Shown one piece after another: positions 61,426 to 64,000 of a stretch of 64,000 bases of DNA (its first letter is position 1; each line of letters starts with the position of its first letter). The position numbers were made by a program, and so were the translations under genes. This stretch comes from Spirogloea muscicola (taxonomy: Eukaryota), in assembly GCA_009602725.1 (NCBI GenBank), contig WELB01000032.1, positions 166,762 to 230,761 of the forward strand. Direction: 5' to 3'. The notes under the pieces are model-generated. The model worked only from the letters and a program-made list of their open reading frames with translations. It did not search any database and was not told where the DNA came from.

Positions 61426-63700
61426 AAGCCACTTGCCCGGCCAGCAAGCCCACCACCTGGCGGGCCACTTGCCATCAAAAAGGTAGCGGTCATGTAATGC
61501 TAACAGCACCGTGTGGCTTAAGCAAACGGCTGGATCGTTACATACCTTCCCACTCTGGTGTTCACGTCCTCGGAAACAACGAGAGAATAGCCGACAGGAA
61601 TAAGATGCCCGACGGATGCTGCCTCGACCAAGTCTAGGAGGAGTCTCTCCTGGCCAGGTACTCCCTGAGAACATCTGGACAATTTGCTATATTGGTCGCA
61701 GGCACCCACGTGTTGTGCTCAGGCCCATACCCGAGCCACTTCACCAGATACTTACGGGCTCGGAGACTGTGCCTGTGAGACAAGATCTCTTCCACCTCGA
61801 ATCCAAGATCATCCTCGATCAGTAATGGAGGTGGGCGGATTGAAAACGGCCATCCGAATGGAAGGCCCTCAGCTGAGACACTTGGAAGGTCCATAATGGA
61901 CCTTTCAATGCACCGGTGTCTTCAGCCTGTAGGACACCTTGCCCACAAGGCGTATTACTGCAAATGGTCCAACCCACTTGGGCAGCAACTTGCGCGTACC
62001 CACAGCCCGCAAGGATGAGAGCTTTGTGCTCAGCAGCACTTGCGCACCAACGTCGAGGGACACATCCTTTCGATGTTTGTCAGCATAAGCCTTCTACCGA
62101 CTCTAGGCAAATTTGAAGAAATGCCGAGCTCGTCTCTGAGCCTTCAAGAGGTTCCCAGCAAAGACTACCGCGGCGGAAACTTTCTCCGGCTTCACCTGAG
62201 CTCGGGGCTCGGGATGCTGACCATAGTTGAGGAAGAAGGGTGTCTCCTTTGTGGACGCATGAGAGGCATTGTTCACGGCATATTCAGCTGGAGCCAAACA
62301 CTCATCCTAGTCAGTCTGGCTGGGATTGACGAAGTGCCGCAGCATGTCCTCGAGAACCCGCTTCATTCCCTCAAATTTGCCATCACTTTGTGGATCGAAG
62401 GCTGTGGAGATGGCCTGCTTCGCGCCAATAAGCTTGCAAACTTCCTTCCAGAAGTTACCTGTAAAGCGAGGATTGCGGTCCAAGACCAGCCTCTCAGTTC
62501 CCCATGCAGCTTCCACACAGTAATCGCAAAGTTGCCAGCAAAATCCATCGCTAATGCCCTCGTAGTCGTGGGAGCAGAATGCACCATTTTACTCAAGCGA
62601 TCCACAAAGACGACAGTGGCATCAACGCCGTTCCGCGTCTAAGGCAATTGTGTGATAAAGTCCACACCTACATCAGACCAATTCTGCCTCGAAAATCTGC
62701 AAGGGCTGAAGTATTCCGGCAGGCTTGCCAGAGATGGCCTTACTACGCTGCATGTGGCACAGCTTGCCACAAAAGCGCGCACCTGAGCTGAAAAGCCCTT
62801 CCACCAAACGAGGCGTCGAACAGCCTTCTTGGTCTTGCTCACTCCCAAATGATCACTGCAAGACGTATCATGCAGCTCCTGCAGGATGTCAGTGCGCAAG
62901 GCATTGCAGCCCGGGACCACAATAGCGTTAGCGTCGCCCTGCCACCAGAAGCCTTTGTCATCAGTGAGGGTGCTTACGTTGGCGGCTTAAGCAAACCAGC
63001 GGTCAGTGCTATACCCTTCACGGATACGGACGTAGAGCTCAGAGAGGTCAGCCGTGAGTTGCCGATAAGCTTGACGAGTCAGACGCAGGCCTGCAGCCCG
63101 CACTCCAGAAGCATTCAGGGTAGCCAACGCATCAGCGCCGCGGATGTTGCAACTCATAGGGTCCGCAATATGGAGGCGGCCAGGTCCATTGGCAACGACA
63201 TCGTGCCATACACTCAGCCCATCGAGCTTGTCGCCTAGTCAAATGCTGCAGTGTGTGAAAGTACGTCAACGGGCAATGATCCGTAACAACTGTAATCAAA
63301 CAACTTCCATGTGGCAACGCCAGACACGTAAGGCGTGCACCACAGCCAGCCATTCTTGCTCGCCCGGAGTGTAATTTCGCTCTGCAGGGTTCAGCAGGCA
63401 ACTCTCATACGGGGGACGCTTGCCACGCCCAATATCCGGCGGGCTGAGCACCTTCCTGGCGTGCTCCACCATCCTGGAAAAGTCGGTAATGATGTTGCGG
63501 AATCCACCGCAACCCACGTGCGCTTGTTGGGAGGCAGCCCAGCATCCGACATGCCGCTGAGCCATGCCTGGAGCCCACCCCGATCATCTTGACCGGTGAA
63601 TTGCCGTGGCGTGTGGGCCTTAGCACGTCCATGCGTAAGATTTCCACCGCTCTTGCGCACCAAGCGCACTGCGGCATTGACCTCTAGCATGCGCCGCTCT
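61426..63700 (-). mobile_element. Ty3/gypsy chromovirus element 5: gag N-terminus joined to RNase H, IN, chromodomain, PPT and start of 3' LTR-C
   Basis: Gag FTGQDD..LQAWL (~63570), ERNYTPGEQEWLAVVHAL, TDHCPL, LQELHD..HLGV..CATC, DRNPRFTGNFW, chromodomain FEVEEILSHR..YLVKWLGYGPEHNTWVP; LTR begins at 61542 after a PPT (61545-61556). Confidence 0.88.
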
Positions 63701-63870
63701 CCCGCCCGCCGCCGGACGAGGTGGGCGCGCTGCTCCCCGCGTATCCTCGCAAGGAGGCGGTACTGAGCTGGGTCCGTCGCAGACTGAACTGTGCGAGATC
63801 CTGCATGAGTGCCATGCGTTGCACCTCCCCAGCCGAAAGGCCCTCTTGGCCCGCGGGTCCGGGCTCGGCC

Positions 63871-64000
63871 TGCCCCTCTTGGGTGTGCCCCTCTCGGGCG
63901 TGCGTCTCTTGGGCGTCCCCCTCTCGGGGGTGCCCCTCTTGGGCGTGCCTTGCACTGGCGTGCCCCTCTCGGGCGTGCCCCTCTTAGGCGTGCCCCGCTC
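63871..64000. repeat. 15-bp tandem repeat (TGCCCCTCTYGGGCG), at least 8.6 copies, running off the window
   Basis: Units start at 63871, 63886, 63901, 63916, 63931, 63946, 63961, 63976 and 63991. Confidence 0.92.

Overview
Eukaryotic, GC-rich, intron-dense genomic DNA of plant-lineage type; TTTAGGG-like repeats and close resemblance to land-plant proteins suggest a streptophyte green alga (inference). Bases 1 to ~36.5 kb hold six spliced host genes: chloroplast glutamyl endopeptidase (S9, 5'-partial), RPA1 with C-terminal CCHC knuckles, a MOV10/SDE3-like RNA helicase, TRS120/TRAPPC9, ALKBH8 (RRM-AlkB-methyltransferase) and a UBC27/E2-25K-type E2. Two intergenic intervals (16.5-17.8 kb and 27.9-34.8 kb) are filled with 5'-truncated 3' ends of CRE-like non-LTR retrotransposons carrying a restriction-like endonuclease (RLE). 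From ~38.6 kb to the end lies a nest of decayed Ty3/gypsy chromovirus copies and three related LTR types (called A, B and C here), with readable TSDs, PBSs and PPTs. Two observations stand out. (1) The chromovirus gag-pol spacer looks like a spliceosomal intron: removing it joins the Gag zinc-knuckle frame in frame to the protease, while retaining it stops translation after Gag. (2) The ALKBH8 stop codon is supplied by a retroelement insertion, and that single TAG is all that separates ALKBH8 from an in-frame zinc-knuckle/RLE nuclease ORF. All exon and element boundaries were read by eye; no searches were run.
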